From IMG/VR virus record IMGVR_UViG_3300005686_000008: a stretch of DNA of 64,000 nt; one strand, 5' to 3'. The DNA is from a virus (lineage: Duplodnaviria > Caudoviricetes). A model generated the notes under the pieces. The model saw only the letters and a program-made list of their open reading frames with translations, had not been told where the DNA came from and ran no database searches. Made by a program: the position numbers and the translations under genes. Below, in pieces: positions 18,363-28,293 of this stretch (the stretch's first letter is position 1; every line of letters starts with the position of its first letter).

Positions 18363-19268
18363 ATGACAGAAGTTGAAAAAGTAAAGTATCCAGACCAAGA
18401 AAAGCCGCATCCCGCATTTCAGGTGTACAAAGTTCTTGACGCAGGGTTTATACGTTTAGTAGATTCTATGCCAAGTCCTACGGACCCATACTCTATTCCA
18501 GCAGATGCCGCAATTGTGCAAGCTGCAAGAGTAAGTTATGGAAGAGGAACAAAGGCTGTAAACGAAGATAAGGGGCTTGTTTCTTATCTTATGAAGCACA
18601 GACACACCACTCCATTTGAGATGGTTGAGTTTAAGTTTCATGCCAGGATGCCAATATTTGTTGCTCGTCAATGGATAAGACATCGAACCGCTAACGTTAA
18701 CGAGTATTCGGCTCGTTATTCTGAGGTTCCCGACCTTTGCTATGTACCAGATCCAGAAAGAATAATGGGACAGAGCAAAATGAACAAACAAGCCTCTGAT
18801 GGAAGTTTGTCTCAGGAAACGAAGGATGCCTTTATTGGTAGGTTGCAAACTATTGCTTCTGAAGCGTATGGAGATTACCAAGAGTTTTTATCTCAAGGCG
18901 TCTCAAGAGAGACTGCAAGAATGTTCTTGCCTGTAGCGTATTATACTGAATGGTATTGGAAGATTGATTTGCACAATCTTTTCCATTTTATATCGCTTAG
19001 ATATGACCCTCATGCTCAGTATGAGATTCGGGTTTATGCCGAGGCGATGTATAATATATGCAAGGAGCTTGCTCCTATTGCTACCGAGGCTTTTGAGACA
19101 TTTAGACGACAAGCTATAAGTATAGCTGGTGACGAATGCGATATCATGAAGAGTATTATTGATACTGACAATCTTGAAGGCAAACTGGTTGAACAGTTTA
19201 ATAGAAAAGGTTGGAGTACAAGACGCAGAAATGAATTCATGGAAAATCTTAACAAGTTGCTTAAGTAA
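18363..19268 (+). CDS. thyX: Flavin-dependent thymidylate synthase
   Basis: AARVSY, HTTPFE, RQWIRHRTANVNEYSARY, HAQYEIR; ATG 18363 after GAGG. Confidence 0.97.
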   Translation: MTEVEKVKYPDQEKPHPAFQVYKVLDAGFIRLVDSMPSPTDPYSIPADAAIVQAARVSYGRGTKAVNEDKGLVSYLMKHRHTTPFEMVEFKFHARMPIFVARQWIRHRTANVNEYSARYSEVPDLCYVPDPERIMGQSKMNKQASDGSLSQETKDAFIGRLQTIASEAYGDYQEFLSQGVSRETARMFLPVAYYTEWYWKIDLHNLFHFISLRYDPHAQYEIRVYAEAMYNICKELAPIATEAFETFRRQAISIAGDECDIMKSIIDTDNLEGKLVEQFNRKGWSTRRRNEFMENLNKLLK

Positions 19269-19828
19269 TGTATTTGATTATTGATTTAGAGGCTACCTGT
19301 TGGGAGGCCCCTAATACTCCTGATATTAACGAGATAATAGACATGGGAATAGTCGTTTGCGACTCTTCTTATGAAGTTATCTCTTCGTGGAACAATCTCG
19401 TTAAGCCAAAAATAAGAACCAAACTATCTCCATTTTGCAGAAGACTTACTTCTATAACGCAAGAATCAATTGATAAAGCGGCTTTATTTGAGTCTGTTAT
19501 TTTTGATTTTAGAGAGTGGTTTAGAAGCGAATACGGTTGTGAATCAACAAACTGTATTTGGTATACATGGGGCAGTTGGGATTTGCGTTGCGTTCTTTTT
19601 GATTGCGAAAGAAGCGGAATAGAGTTTCCGTTTGGAGAGCATCGAGACCTAAAGGATATCTATTCTGAAGTAAGAAATCTTTCTTCTGGCGAAAAAAGAA
19701 ATCTGAAAGATGTTATTATAAGAGAGGGTCTAGGAAGCACAGAGGGTCTTCATAGAGCTAAGGTTGATGCAATTGCTACCGCCAAGATTGCTCATCGCAT
19801 TTTTTCAGAAATCTCTAGGGAGCTTTAG
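19268..19828 (+). CDS. DEDDh 3'-5' exonuclease (ERI-1/KapD-like)
   Basis: IIDLEATCW, WGSWD, HRAKVDA. Confidence 0.9.
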   Translation: MYLIIDLEATCWEAPNTPDINEIIDMGIVVCDSSYEVISSWNNLVKPKIRTKLSPFCRRLTSITQESIDKAALFESVIFDFREWFRSEYGCESTNCIWYTWGSWDLRCVLFDCERSGIEFPFGEHRDLKDIYSEVRNLSSGEKRNLKDVIIREGLGSTEGLHRAKVDAIATAKIAHRIFSEISREL

Positions 19829-20576
19829 TCGCCTGATTGCCAAGTTCTTTCATGACTTGAACATGGTTTCTTGAGCGATTTCCAACCTGTCCGTACCATT
19901 TACTCTTTTCCATAAGAGACGCGGCTTTTGCATATTGTTTACTTGTAATGAGTTTCCCGGTATCTGGGAATTTGGAGGCTATGCTTCCTCCCATATTGAA
20001 TGACATATCAATGCATATGAGTTGAACTTGCTTTGGTTGTGAATCTAAGTTTGGTATCCATTTATGCGCATCAGCAATTGCTATTTTTGCGTATTTTTCA
20101 AATAGTTTTGATATTTGTTCTTTTGAAAGAGATTGTTGGCCGCTGATAAGTTTTGCCTTATCTGCGCCGATTGCCTTTAGTTCTTTTTCTGCTCCGGGTT
20201 GGTCCATATTAAAACCGATACCTATGGTCCAAAAGCCTTCGCTATCTTTGTAGGCTTTTTCTCTATACCCTTCCCACGGAGCTGTAAAGTCTTGTACTTC
20301 TTTTATAGATACTGCTACGTTTTGTCTTGGTTGAGGCTTTACTTGTTGTTTGGGTTGTTCTTGAGGCTTTTGTTCAGGAGCAACCGTTTCAACTTGCTTT
20401 GTTTGTTCTGGCTGAGATGTTTGAGGCATGTTATGAGGGCCGGTTAGAAGTCCAATGGTAGCAGGCAAGGCTCCTAGCATCCCTCCGATACCTAGTCCTT
20501 TTCCAACATCTTTCCAATTAATAGCTTCTTTGCGCAAATCTTGTTCAACTAAGTTTGTATACCATCTATTTGTCAT
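19815..20576 (-). CDS. GH24 (T4-type) lysozyme with N-terminal tag, hydrophobic segment and Q/P linker
   Basis: WEGYREKAYKDSEGFWTIGIG, DMSFNMG, SKWYGQVGNR. Confidence 0.9.
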   Translation of the reverse strand: MTNRWYTNLVEQDLRKEAINWKDVGKGLGIGGMLGALPATIGLLTGPHNMPQTSQPEQTKQVETVAPEQKPQEQPKQQVKPQPRQNVAVSIKEVQDFTAPWEGYREKAYKDSEGFWTIGIGFNMDQPGAEKELKAIGADKAKLISGQQSLSKEQISKLFEKYAKIAIADAHKWIPNLDSQPKQVQLICIDMSFNMGGSIASKFPDTGKLITSKQYAKAASLMEKSKWYGQVGNRSRNHVQVMKELGNQATKAP

Positions 20577-20586
20577 ACGTTTATAT

Positions 20587-20612
20587 TTCGTCTATTTTTT
20601 GATAGCTTCCTT
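20587..20612 (-). promoter_or_regulatory. Class B promoter
   Basis: AAGGA-N17-CGAA(ATATA) immediately upstream of the lysozyme ATG. Confidence 0.55.
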
Positions 20613-20660
20613 TGCTGTACGTTAGTTTTGACGATAAGAGGGTAGGATGGAGGAAATCTG

Positions 20661-20990
20661 ATGAATAAGCCAATGAATTTCAAGATTGAGGCGGTAGAGA
20701 GAGCAGTAACCATTTATGACGAGATCAAAGAAGCATGCACAAGGCCTGATAAATCAATCAATGGGGAAACGTTGCAGATTTATAAAGAACTTGCTGACTG
20801 GGGCTTCTTTGAAAAGTATGCAATATCTGATATTGCAAATAAGTGGCTCTATGTAACAGTTTTGGCTATGCATTTTACAATGAAAGCTTATCCTGTTTTG
20901 AGTCAAACTCAAGATAACGGAAAGTGGCAAATAATACAATCAGCTTTAGAAAGGTCCAACAAGGCAAGATTTGGTAAAAAGAAAGTATGA
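20661..20990 (+). CDS. Hypothetical protein
   Basis: GGAGG RBS; GACGATAA box at 20630. Confidence 0.7.
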   Translation: MNKPMNFKIEAVERAVTIYDEIKEACTRPDKSINGETLQIYKELADWGFFEKYAISDIANKWLYVTVLAMHFTMKAYPVLSQTQDNGKWQIIQSALERSNKARFGKKKV

Positions 20991-21235
20991 TTCTTTATGA
21001 GTCATCTTTCTACGGTGATATTTCACCACAAGGATACAAAATAAGTTATCTATTGTTAGATAGACATATAAAGCACAGCTTCATCCTAATAGATTCAGAT
21101 TTCATTTTTACAATAAAGACCGCAAAGAAACTTAGAGAGTTTATTGGCTTTGAAGAAATAGTTAAATACATACAAAGTTATAACTATATATTCGATTTCC
21201 CAGAAGTAGAAAATTGGTGGATAGATAAGAATTAA
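20987..21235 (+). CDS. Hypothetical protein
   Basis: ATGA overlap with the previous gene. Confidence 0.55.
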   Translation: MILYESSFYGDISPQGYKISYLLLDRHIKHSFILIDSDFIFTIKTAKKLREFIGFEEIVKYIQSYNYIFDFPEVENWWIDKN

Positions 21236-21292
21236 ACTACGCTATTGAAGGATAGTGTAGTTTTTTCTTGTATGCTCCGATATAGAGTAAGG

Positions 21293-21628
21293 ATGATAAT
21301 ACATCTTATACTATCTCTTTTGTTTGGATATTCTCTAGCCATATTGCTAGTAGAAAAAGGAGATGATTGGCCCATTAGTCTTATAACCAAACCTCTTAGG
21401 TTTGTTTTGGGAAAGATTCATTCTAAATTGCCCGGCGTACTTGAGTGTACTGTTTGCGCTTCTTTCTGGGCGTGCTTGGTTGGCGAGATTGCGTTAAAGT
21501 TTTGGATAACTGGTTTGTTCTTATGGCCTTTTACAGGGGTGATAACCCTTGGTTTGACTTGGACCGTAATTGAGTTTATGAACATATTGGATAAGCCAAC
21601 TTTAACTGACAATGACAAAACCACTTAA
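21293..21628 (+). CDS. Membrane protein (DUF1360-like, CxxC..W)
   Basis: Hydrophobic segments; LECTVCASFW; start moved to ATG 21293. Confidence 0.6.
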   Translation: MIIHLILSLLFGYSLAILLVEKGDDWPISLITKPLRFVLGKIHSKLPGVLECTVCASFWACLVGEIALKFWITGLFLWPFTGVITLGLTWTVIEFMNILDKPTLTDNDKTT

Positions 21629-21824
21629 AATAGCGGGTCAAGGTTGTGACTGGACAGAAGAAGTAGCAGCCCTAACTAAAAATAGGCTCTGCGAGGTAGG
21701 ATTCTACGCCAGAATACTGAATCTAAATAGTAAGTTCTACGTTGTTTATTCTTACAGAGATTTTACTAAAGAAGAAGCTTTTGCTGTTTTAAGTCAAACA
21801 TTTGTGGAGAAAGAACATGAATAG
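21612..21824 (+). CDS. Hypothetical protein
   Basis: Overlaps both neighbours in operon fashion. Confidence 0.5.
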   Translation: MTKPLKIAGQGCDWTEEVAALTKNRLCEVGFYARILNLNSKFYVVYSYRDFTKEEAFAVLSQTFVEKEHE

Positions 21825-22881
21825 TAGCCTAATGAAGATAACCCCATTTGCTCTTGTTATACTTTTTGTTTTAGGAACACTTGGGTGGGCTTTTGTACTT
21901 ACTTCGTGTTCTGGAGGCGGAGGTAAGGTTATAACAGAGACTCCTCCGACAGCTCCAAATATAGACACAGAAAAACAAGACGTTGGTAAAGTCGCTACCG
22001 AGGTTGGTGGAATCTCTAGGGATGTTGGCGAACGAGCCGACAAGATTGATATTCATACAGAGGCAATTGAATCTAAGACTCCACCAGAGGCTAAAGAGGC
22101 TGTAAAGCCAGATATTTCAGGAATTAAAGAAGAGACGAGAGGGTTGAGGCAGGATTCTGCCACTCTTTCGGCTGTAGAGCAAAAACTAAAAGATACAGAG
22201 CAAAGATTAGCAAAACAGCAAGAGTCTATAGAGAAATACACCGAGTACGCAAAAACATCAGAGATTGATAGAGTAAAACTTCAAAACGAAATAAAAGAAC
22301 TAAAGTCATCAAATTCAAAGATGCTAAAAACTATGATGTCGTGGATTGTTGTGGTTAGTGTTATTGGCATAGGAGCAAGCCTCGTTATAGGTTTCTTCTT
22401 TAAGACCCCAGCAGCGTTTATGGTTGCAGCCGGTTGTGTTGCAACTCTTGGTATTGCTGTTGCCGTAACTCTATATTTACAACAAATCGCCTGGGTCGCT
22501 CTTGCCCTATTAGGGGTGGGTTTCGTCGCAGCGGTTATTTACGTCTTCACCCAAATGAAGGATAGAGAAAAAGCGGTCAAAGAGCTTGTTCATACTGGCG
22601 AGGTTGCCAAAACCTATCTCCCAACCACTGTTAGAGAGAGAATATTTGGTAATGCAGTTGAGCCGGGAGTTGCTCACCAGATTCAGTCTAGTAGCACAAT
22701 GAAGCTCGTTAGAAATGTAAGAGAAAAGGAAAAAGGAGTTAGAGGGTTTGGTTTAGCACCAGAATTGCCAAAGTTCTGGAGACCAACAGAAGGGGACTTA
22801 TTACCCGTGACACCAATATCTCAAGATCCATATCTTACACCCGTTGTCTCTAGTAATCCAGCAAAGACCATTCTTGGGTAA
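21817..22881 (+). CDS. Lipoprotein with coiled coil and three transmembrane segments
   Basis: Signal peptide with lipobox LTS-C, heptad-rich region, then three hydrophobic helices. Confidence 0.7.
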   Translation: MNSSLMKITPFALVILFVLGTLGWAFVLTSCSGGGGKVITETPPTAPNIDTEKQDVGKVATEVGGISRDVGERADKIDIHTEAIESKTPPEAKEAVKPDISGIKEETRGLRQDSATLSAVEQKLKDTEQRLAKQQESIEKYTEYAKTSEIDRVKLQNEIKELKSSNSKMLKTMMSWIVVVSVIGIGASLVIGFFFKTPAAFMVAAGCVATLGIAVAVTLYLQQIAWVALALLGVGFVAAVIYVFTQMKDREKAVKELVHTGEVAKTYLPTTVRERIFGNAVEPGVAHQIQSSSTMKLVRNVREKEKGVRGFGLAPELPKFWRPTEGDLLPVTPISQDPYLTPVVSSNPAKTILG

Positions 22882-22960
22882 GAAAACACAATAACAAATT
22901 CTGTTTGTATATGGTGCTAACTGGCGCTGTATACTTAATTGCATCTGAAAGGAAGGTTGC

Positions 22961-23791
22961 ATGATAAGTGAAGAATTCATAAACGATAAATGGAACAACC
23001 TTATAAAGGTAAGGAATTCCGTCCCAGAGGAAGAGCGTGAAAAGAACAAGGAGTATCAGGCTGTCAGAAATCCACTTATGGAAATCTACTATCCTCTTGT
23101 AATAAAAGTGGCAGACAAGATGCAGAAGAAGTATAAGGAAGTGGATTACAACGATCTGGTTTCTTGGGGAACGGACGGACTCTTCCACTCTATTAATCGC
23201 TTTGATCCAGAAAGAAAGAATAAGTTTGAAACCTATGCGGTTCATCGCATTAAAGGCGCTATTATTGACAATATTAGGCAGGTAGATTGGGTTCCTCGTC
23301 TTGTCAGGCAAAGGTATTCTAGTATACAAAAGGCAAAGAATACCCTTGAATCGGAACTTGGAAGAGTTCCTACAAACGAAGAAATGGCTGCTCATATGGG
23401 GCTGTCTATCGAGAAGTTTATCGAGATAGAGGCGAAGTCTAATCCGGTAGCATGTTACAGCATGTATGCTGGTCGCTCTGCTGATACTGATACAGTTAAT
23501 GAAGAAATACAACTGGAAAGCTTTGCAACAGAAGAAGACCAGCCGGTTGATTCTGTCTTGAAAGATGAGATGTTCAAAAAGCTCATGGGAAGAAACTTCA
23601 TTCCTCTGGAAAGAAAAATCATTCACATGCACTACTACAACAATATGACCATGAAAGAGATAGCTGACAATGTTGGCTATAGCGAGTCAAGAATCAGCCA
23701 GATGCATGCGAAGATTCTCGAAAGGTTGCAGAAAAAAGTGAAACTCAATCCCAACTACATGAAGGATTTGGTGGCTATACTTCACTCGTAA
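22961..23791 (+). CDS. FliA/WhiG (sigma28) family RNA polymerase sigma factor
   Basis: DLVSWG..GL..SINRFDPERKNKFETYAVHRIKGAIIDNIRQVDWVPR, LGRVPTNEEMA, TMKEIA..SESRISQMH. Confidence 0.92.
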   Translation: MISEEFINDKWNNLIKVRNSVPEEEREKNKEYQAVRNPLMEIYYPLVIKVADKMQKKYKEVDYNDLVSWGTDGLFHSINRFDPERKNKFETYAVHRIKGAIIDNIRQVDWVPRLVRQRYSSIQKAKNTLESELGRVPTNEEMAAHMGLSIEKFIEIEAKSNPVACYSMYAGRSADTDTVNEEIQLESFATEEDQPVDSVLKDEMFKKLMGRNFIPLERKIIHMHYYNNMTMKEIADNVGYSESRISQMHAKILERLQKKVKLNPNYMKDLVAILHS

Positions 23792-23802
23792 AAGGAGGCT
23801 GT

Positions 23803-24342
23803 ATGAGGGTTTTTGTTGGGGATATCACTTCTGTTAGGGATGTGGACGTAATAGTAAATGCCGCAAATGGAATTGGTGTTATGGGAGCAGGAGTTGCTGG
23901 CGCAATTGCTCGCTCTGCGGGCCTTAGTGATAGTCCCAACGGCGTAAACATTAGGAAAATTGTGAAAGAAGTTGTTGATAACAGTGGACCTTTTGATGTT
24001 GGTGACGTATACATTTCAGACTCTGGATTAATGAAAAGGTTGGGAGTGAAGAAAATCTATCATGCGGTTACGATGAAGTACCCCGGCGGTAGAACTACGA
24101 TAGGCACGATAGGGCCTTTGCTGAGGAACGTTTTGGAGACAGCCATCAGCAACGGGGAGAAGTCTGTAGCCTTTGGTGGTCTTGGATGCGGTATTGGAGG
24201 CTTGTCGAAAGAAGAAGTAGCGAGAGAAATGGCCCTTGTTTCTCAAGAGTACAATGGCAGGATTAGTATTCATGTTGTTGACATGAATGAGGATTTTATA
24301 GAAGAATTCAAAAAGAACCTTAGCGTTCCTATAGAGATGTAA
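23803..24342 (+). CDS. Macrodomain (ADP-ribose binding/hydrolase) protein
   Basis: GDIT..VDVIVNAAN..MGAGVAGAI, IYHAV, AFGGLGCGIGG. Confidence 0.92.
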   Translation: MRVFVGDITSVRDVDVIVNAANGIGVMGAGVAGAIARSAGLSDSPNGVNIRKIVKEVVDNSGPFDVGDVYISDSGLMKRLGVKKIYHAVTMKYPGGRTTIGTIGPLLRNVLETAISNGEKSVAFGGLGCGIGGLSKEEVAREMALVSQEYNGRISIHVVDMNEDFIEEFKKNLSVPIEM

Positions 24343-24346
24343 AATA

Positions 24347-24955
24347 ATGGCAACTCAATCAACAATTTTTTTACCAGCTCTGGTCCTCAATAAGGGCTGG
24401 ACTCCTATTACTATTACTCCTGTGAAGAAGGCAATTGCAAAGACAATGCTTGGTCTTGCAAAGATCCTGGATCCGGAGACATATGAGCTTTACACTTTCG
24501 AAGAGTGGATGGAGCTTCCTGTTGTTGAAGGACAGCGGGCTATTAAGACTAGCCACAGCAAGGTAAGACTTCCTGAAGTTATTGTTTTAAGCGATTACGA
24601 GAGACTTCCTCAGAGAGAGGTAAAGTTGACAAGGAAGAACTTGTTGATCCGTGATAATTTTACCTGCCAGTACACTGGCAAGAAGATTACTATGGAAACA
24701 GGAACTATTGACCACGTTATTCCTCGTTCAAAGGGAGGAAAGAGTACATGGGATAACCTTGTAATGTGCTGCTTAGATGTAAACGCAAAGAAGGCAGACA
24801 GAACTCCTGAAGAGGCAGGTCTTAAGTTGCTGAAGAAGCCAGAAAGACCAAAGTGGAGTCCTGTCTATTCAAGGTTTGCTCGTCTTGCGAATCTAAACGT
24901 TCCGAGTTCATGGGCTAAGTTCATTGAAATAGATGGAAACCCATTTGGAACGTAA
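24347..24955 (+). CDS. HNH endonuclease (McrA-like)
   Basis: LVLN, RDNFTCQYTG, TIDHVIPRSKGGKSTWDNLV, NAKKADRTPEEAG. Confidence 0.9.
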   Translation: MATQSTIFLPALVLNKGWTPITITPVKKAIAKTMLGLAKILDPETYELYTFEEWMELPVVEGQRAIKTSHSKVRLPEVIVLSDYERLPQREVKLTRKNLLIRDNFTCQYTGKKITMETGTIDHVIPRSKGGKSTWDNLVMCCLDVNAKKADRTPEEAGLKLLKKPERPKWSPVYSRFARLANLNVPSSWAKFIEIDGNPFGT

Positions 24956-24978
24956 TTAGTGGTTATTGCAGCCAAAGC

Positions 24979-25007
24979 AAGCCCACCCTTCAAAGGGTGG
25001 GTTTTTT
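24979..25007 (+). terminator. Rho-independent terminator
   Basis: GCCCACCCT-tcaa-AGGGTGGGT followed by a T-run. Confidence 0.85.
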
Positions 25008-25039
25008 ATTGGTTTAATCGCTTTAGACGATGAATTATT

Positions 25040-25693
25040 ATGATCTTTAGGTCTCGTTCCAAGTTTCCTATAAAACAGTGGAAGAATCGTTTTGTTGGAG
25101 AAACGGCGTTTCTTATCGGAAACGGACCTTCTCTTATAGATAACGATTTAGACATCATAAAGGATAGATTTACAATTGCAATTAATAGGGGTTATAAGGC
25201 CATAACTCCGGTAATACTTTTGTGGCAAGATGAGTCCTTGTACAAAGACTGTCTTGACGAATTAAGAATTCTTCCTTGCGCAAAAGTTACAAGAAGCGGT
25301 ATTGATTCTGATGATATTTTTACACATTTCGTTCTTGGAAAAGGCGGTTTTACATTCACAAACGATCCATCTAAGCTTTGCGGAGGCGGATGTACTGTTG
25401 CTCTTGCTGTTCAGATGATTGTTTCTATGGGTTTTTCTTCAATAGTTTTACTCGGATGCGATGGAAGGTATCGTGGGGATAAAACAAACTTCTATGGAGT
25501 GAATCCTAATCATACAGCAAATACTCTCGCAAACTTTGATTACACAATGAGATGGATTCGCAGTGAATGCCCTAGAAAAATAGTAAATTGTAGCGATACA
25601 CCTTATTGGCCGAAGGTCTCGCTCGAACAAGCGGTGTTTGAGTGTAACACCCCTAAAAGACCAAGAATAGAATGGCTAAATAGGTTGATGTAA
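25040..25693 (+). CDS. DUF115/Maf-like (sialyltransferase-like Rossmann) protein
   Basis: AFLIGNGPSL, TIAIN, SMGFSSIVLLGCD, IVNCS. Confidence 0.75.
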   Translation: MIFRSRSKFPIKQWKNRFVGETAFLIGNGPSLIDNDLDIIKDRFTIAINRGYKAITPVILLWQDESLYKDCLDELRILPCAKVTRSGIDSDDIFTHFVLGKGGFTFTNDPSKLCGGGCTVALAVQMIVSMGFSSIVLLGCDGRYRGDKTNFYGVNPNHTANTLANFDYTMRWIRSECPRKIVNCSDTPYWPKVSLEQAVFECNTPKRPRIEWLNRLM

Positions 25694-25694
25694 G

Positions 25695-26846
25695 ATGGCA
25701 GAACAAACAATCGAATCAATAAAACTTGAATTATCTATTGTTGAAGCTTGGGCAAAGATTTTTGATAAGGGAGAGTCTTTCGCAATCATATGTCACGATC
25801 AGCCAGACCCCGACTGTTTAGCTTCTGCTCTTGCTGTTCAAATTCTTGCTCAAAGTAAAGGTAAAATAGCGAATATTTATTATGGCGGAGAAATTCCATA
25901 TACGCAAAATAGCGTTATGATGAATGTTTTGAACATATCAGCAACAAAGCTCGAAAGCGATGAAGAGAACGAGGAAGAGTCAATACAGCAAATCAAAGAT
26001 ACTATAGATAAGAGTGTTATTATAGTTGTAGATACAAGTTGCTCTTTTGGTAAAGAGAACAATATTGGATTATCTCAGTTTATAGGTAAAGATAGAAAAC
26101 CAGATGCGGTTATTGATCATCATACAGTAAATCCTCATTTAGATTGTCCTTTCTATGTGAATAGATCGTATGGTGCTTGTTCAACTATTCTTGTTGAAAT
26201 GCTAAGTAGTCTTGGTTTGACTATAAGCAAAGGACTTGCAACTGCATTATATCTTGGAATATCCACAGATACTGCTGATTTGAAATCTGAAGGAACCGTA
26301 CAAAACGATATAGATGCAATAGAATTTTTGCGTTCTGTTATGGATATTGAGCTTCTAAGGAAGATATATGATTATCCTAAACCATTGGCTTTATTAGAGT
26401 TGAGAAAGAGAGCTTATGGAAGTTTTAATATATACGGTAATAACCTTACAATATCTAATGTAGGACTCATTAATCCGCAACAAAGAGCATTAGTTGCAAA
26501 GATTTGTGAAGAAATGTTACAGATTGAGTCGATAGATAGTGCCTTGGTATTAGGAATTGTTGATGAAGGCTTTGATAAGCCAAAGTTTTTGATAGCATCT
26601 TTCAGGACAGAAGTTCTTGCTATTAATGTTTCTCAGTTTATACAGAAGATTTTTGGTAAGAAATATGGCGGAGGTCGCCGTGGAGCTGGCGCTGCAAAGA
26701 TACCTTTGGACGATAAGATTTGTTCAGTTATAGACTTTTCTAAAAGACAGGACGAATCAGATTCATCTAAGATGATTAAGGGACTGTTAGAGCCAATTTT
26801 TAGTTACTACACAGATAAGGCAAAAACAGAAAAGAGCAACATATAA
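25695..26846 (+). CDS. DHH family phosphoesterase (NrnA-like)
   Basis: HDQPDPDCLAS, VVDT, IDHH, YLGISTDT, GGGRRGAGAA. Confidence 0.9.
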   Translation: MAEQTIESIKLELSIVEAWAKIFDKGESFAIICHDQPDPDCLASALAVQILAQSKGKIANIYYGGEIPYTQNSVMMNVLNISATKLESDEENEEESIQQIKDTIDKSVIIVVDTSCSFGKENNIGLSQFIGKDRKPDAVIDHHTVNPHLDCPFYVNRSYGACSTILVEMLSSLGLTISKGLATALYLGISTDTADLKSEGTVQNDIDAIEFLRSVMDIELLRKIYDYPKPLALLELRKRAYGSFNIYGNNLTISNVGLINPQQRALVAKICEEMLQIESIDSALVLGIVDEGFDKPKFLIASFRTEVLAINVSQFIQKIFGKKYGGGRRGAGAAKIPLDDKICSVIDFSKRQDESDSSKMIKGLLEPIFSYYTDKAKTEKSNI

Positions 26847-26847
26847 C

Positions 26848-28191
26848 ATGAAGACGGATTTATCTAAAATCAAATTCATAGATGCGACATTGCAAGAGTT
26901 TTCATTTGCAATGATGAGCGCAGAATCCGAGTCCATAAAGGAAGCAACAATAGCTGACTTCTTTGGCTCTTATAATAGAACAACTGTTATTACGGAACCT
27001 CTTTCGGAATACGAACACAGAAAAGTTCAGTTTGTATGGGAAGATTATTTCAAAACAAATGGTTGGACTATAAAGAAAGAAATTGCTTTTGGATACATGA
27101 CTCAAGTTCCTGCTCAGAAGACGAATATAGAAATCTCTCCCGGTGTCTTCAAGAAGATATATAGAGATTCTGTTATCTTCTATGCAAAAGGAGAAGATAA
27201 GATTTGCGTTGAGATAACAAGAGCGCCAAGAGGAGAGCATTGTTACTATTTCCATGCATCAGAGGAAAACTCAAATATATATGAAGACATAAAGAAACTT
27301 GCCTCTGAGAGAAACATCTATAAGAATCAAAGGATTGATTGTAGAGGTAATTTCTTAAAGCTTGACAATGTTGAGTGGGAAGATATTGTACTTCCTGAAA
27401 AAGTGAAGGAAGTGATTAAATCAAACATTGATGAAATGTTTAGATTGAGAGAACAGTTTAAGAAGCACGGCCTTTCTGTTAAGAGAGGCGTAATTCTTTA
27501 TGGTCCTCCGGGAACCGGCAAAACAAAAGTGTGCAAGTGCTTAGCAAAAGAGGCAATGTATAGCGTTTTGTATACTATGCCTTCTGATTTTACTTCGCCA
27601 AATGGAATTAGAAATGTATGCGAAATGGCGCAAGACCTTGCTCCGTGCCTTTTGATTATTGAAGATATTGACTGGATTGCTCAAGACAGATCAAAGGGTA
27701 ATGCAGCCTTTGTTATGGAGCTTATGAATAAGCTTGATGGTCTTGAATCCTTTGGCGATATCATAACTCTAGGAACAACAAACGCTCTTGGCGAACTTGA
27801 GAATGCTATTAAGAATAGACCCGGAAGATTTGATAGACTAATCAATATTGATCTTCCGAATCCAGAGTGCAGAGAGCAGATGCTTAAGAGGTTTACAAAG
27901 AATTTTGTTATTGATGATAGCGTTGCTTTTGACAAAATAGCTGCTGCAACAGAAGGTCTTACTGGCGCTCATATAAACGATCTTTGCAATACGGCTGCAA
28001 TCATTGCGGTCAAAGACTCTTCGCTGGTTGGAGAAAAACTCCTTCTGAAAAAATCGCATTTTGAAGAAGCAGTTAATGAAGTAAAAGACAAAGATTATTC
28101 TTCTTATATGGAAATGCAAAGTAAAACGAATTTTGGATTTGGTGCTAGACATGCTCAAAATTTGGATGATATTTTTGATGACTTAATGTAA
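26848..28191 (+). CDS. AAA+ ATPase (FtsH/Cdc48-like ATPase domain)
   Basis: GVILYGPPGTGKT, LIIEDID, TTN, RPGRFDR. Confidence 0.92.
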   Translation: MKTDLSKIKFIDATLQEFSFAMMSAESESIKEATIADFFGSYNRTTVITEPLSEYEHRKVQFVWEDYFKTNGWTIKKEIAFGYMTQVPAQKTNIEISPGVFKKIYRDSVIFYAKGEDKICVEITRAPRGEHCYYFHASEENSNIYEDIKKLASERNIYKNQRIDCRGNFLKLDNVEWEDIVLPEKVKEVIKSNIDEMFRLREQFKKHGLSVKRGVILYGPPGTGKTKVCKCLAKEAMYSVLYTMPSDFTSPNGIRNVCEMAQDLAPCLLIIEDIDWIAQDRSKGNAAFVMELMNKLDGLESFGDIITLGTTNALGELENAIKNRPGRFDRLINIDLPNPECREQMLKRFTKNFVIDDSVAFDKIAAATEGLTGAHINDLCNTAAIIAVKDSSLVGEKLLLKKSHFEEAVNEVKDKDYSSYMEMQSKTNFGFGARHAQNLDDIFDDLM

Positions 28192-28293
28192 CAAAAAAAT
28201 CGTCAACAAGATAAAAAGATTTCAAAGAAGGAAGCGAGAGTGCTAAGTTGGTAATCACCTTCTAACGCGGGTTTTATTTTTGGGAGAAAGTAA

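Noticed and set aside
28192-28293. Cobalamin riboswitch or NrdR box upstream of nrdJ
   Set aside because: Spacer is about 100 nt with no B12-box or NrdR palindrome visible.
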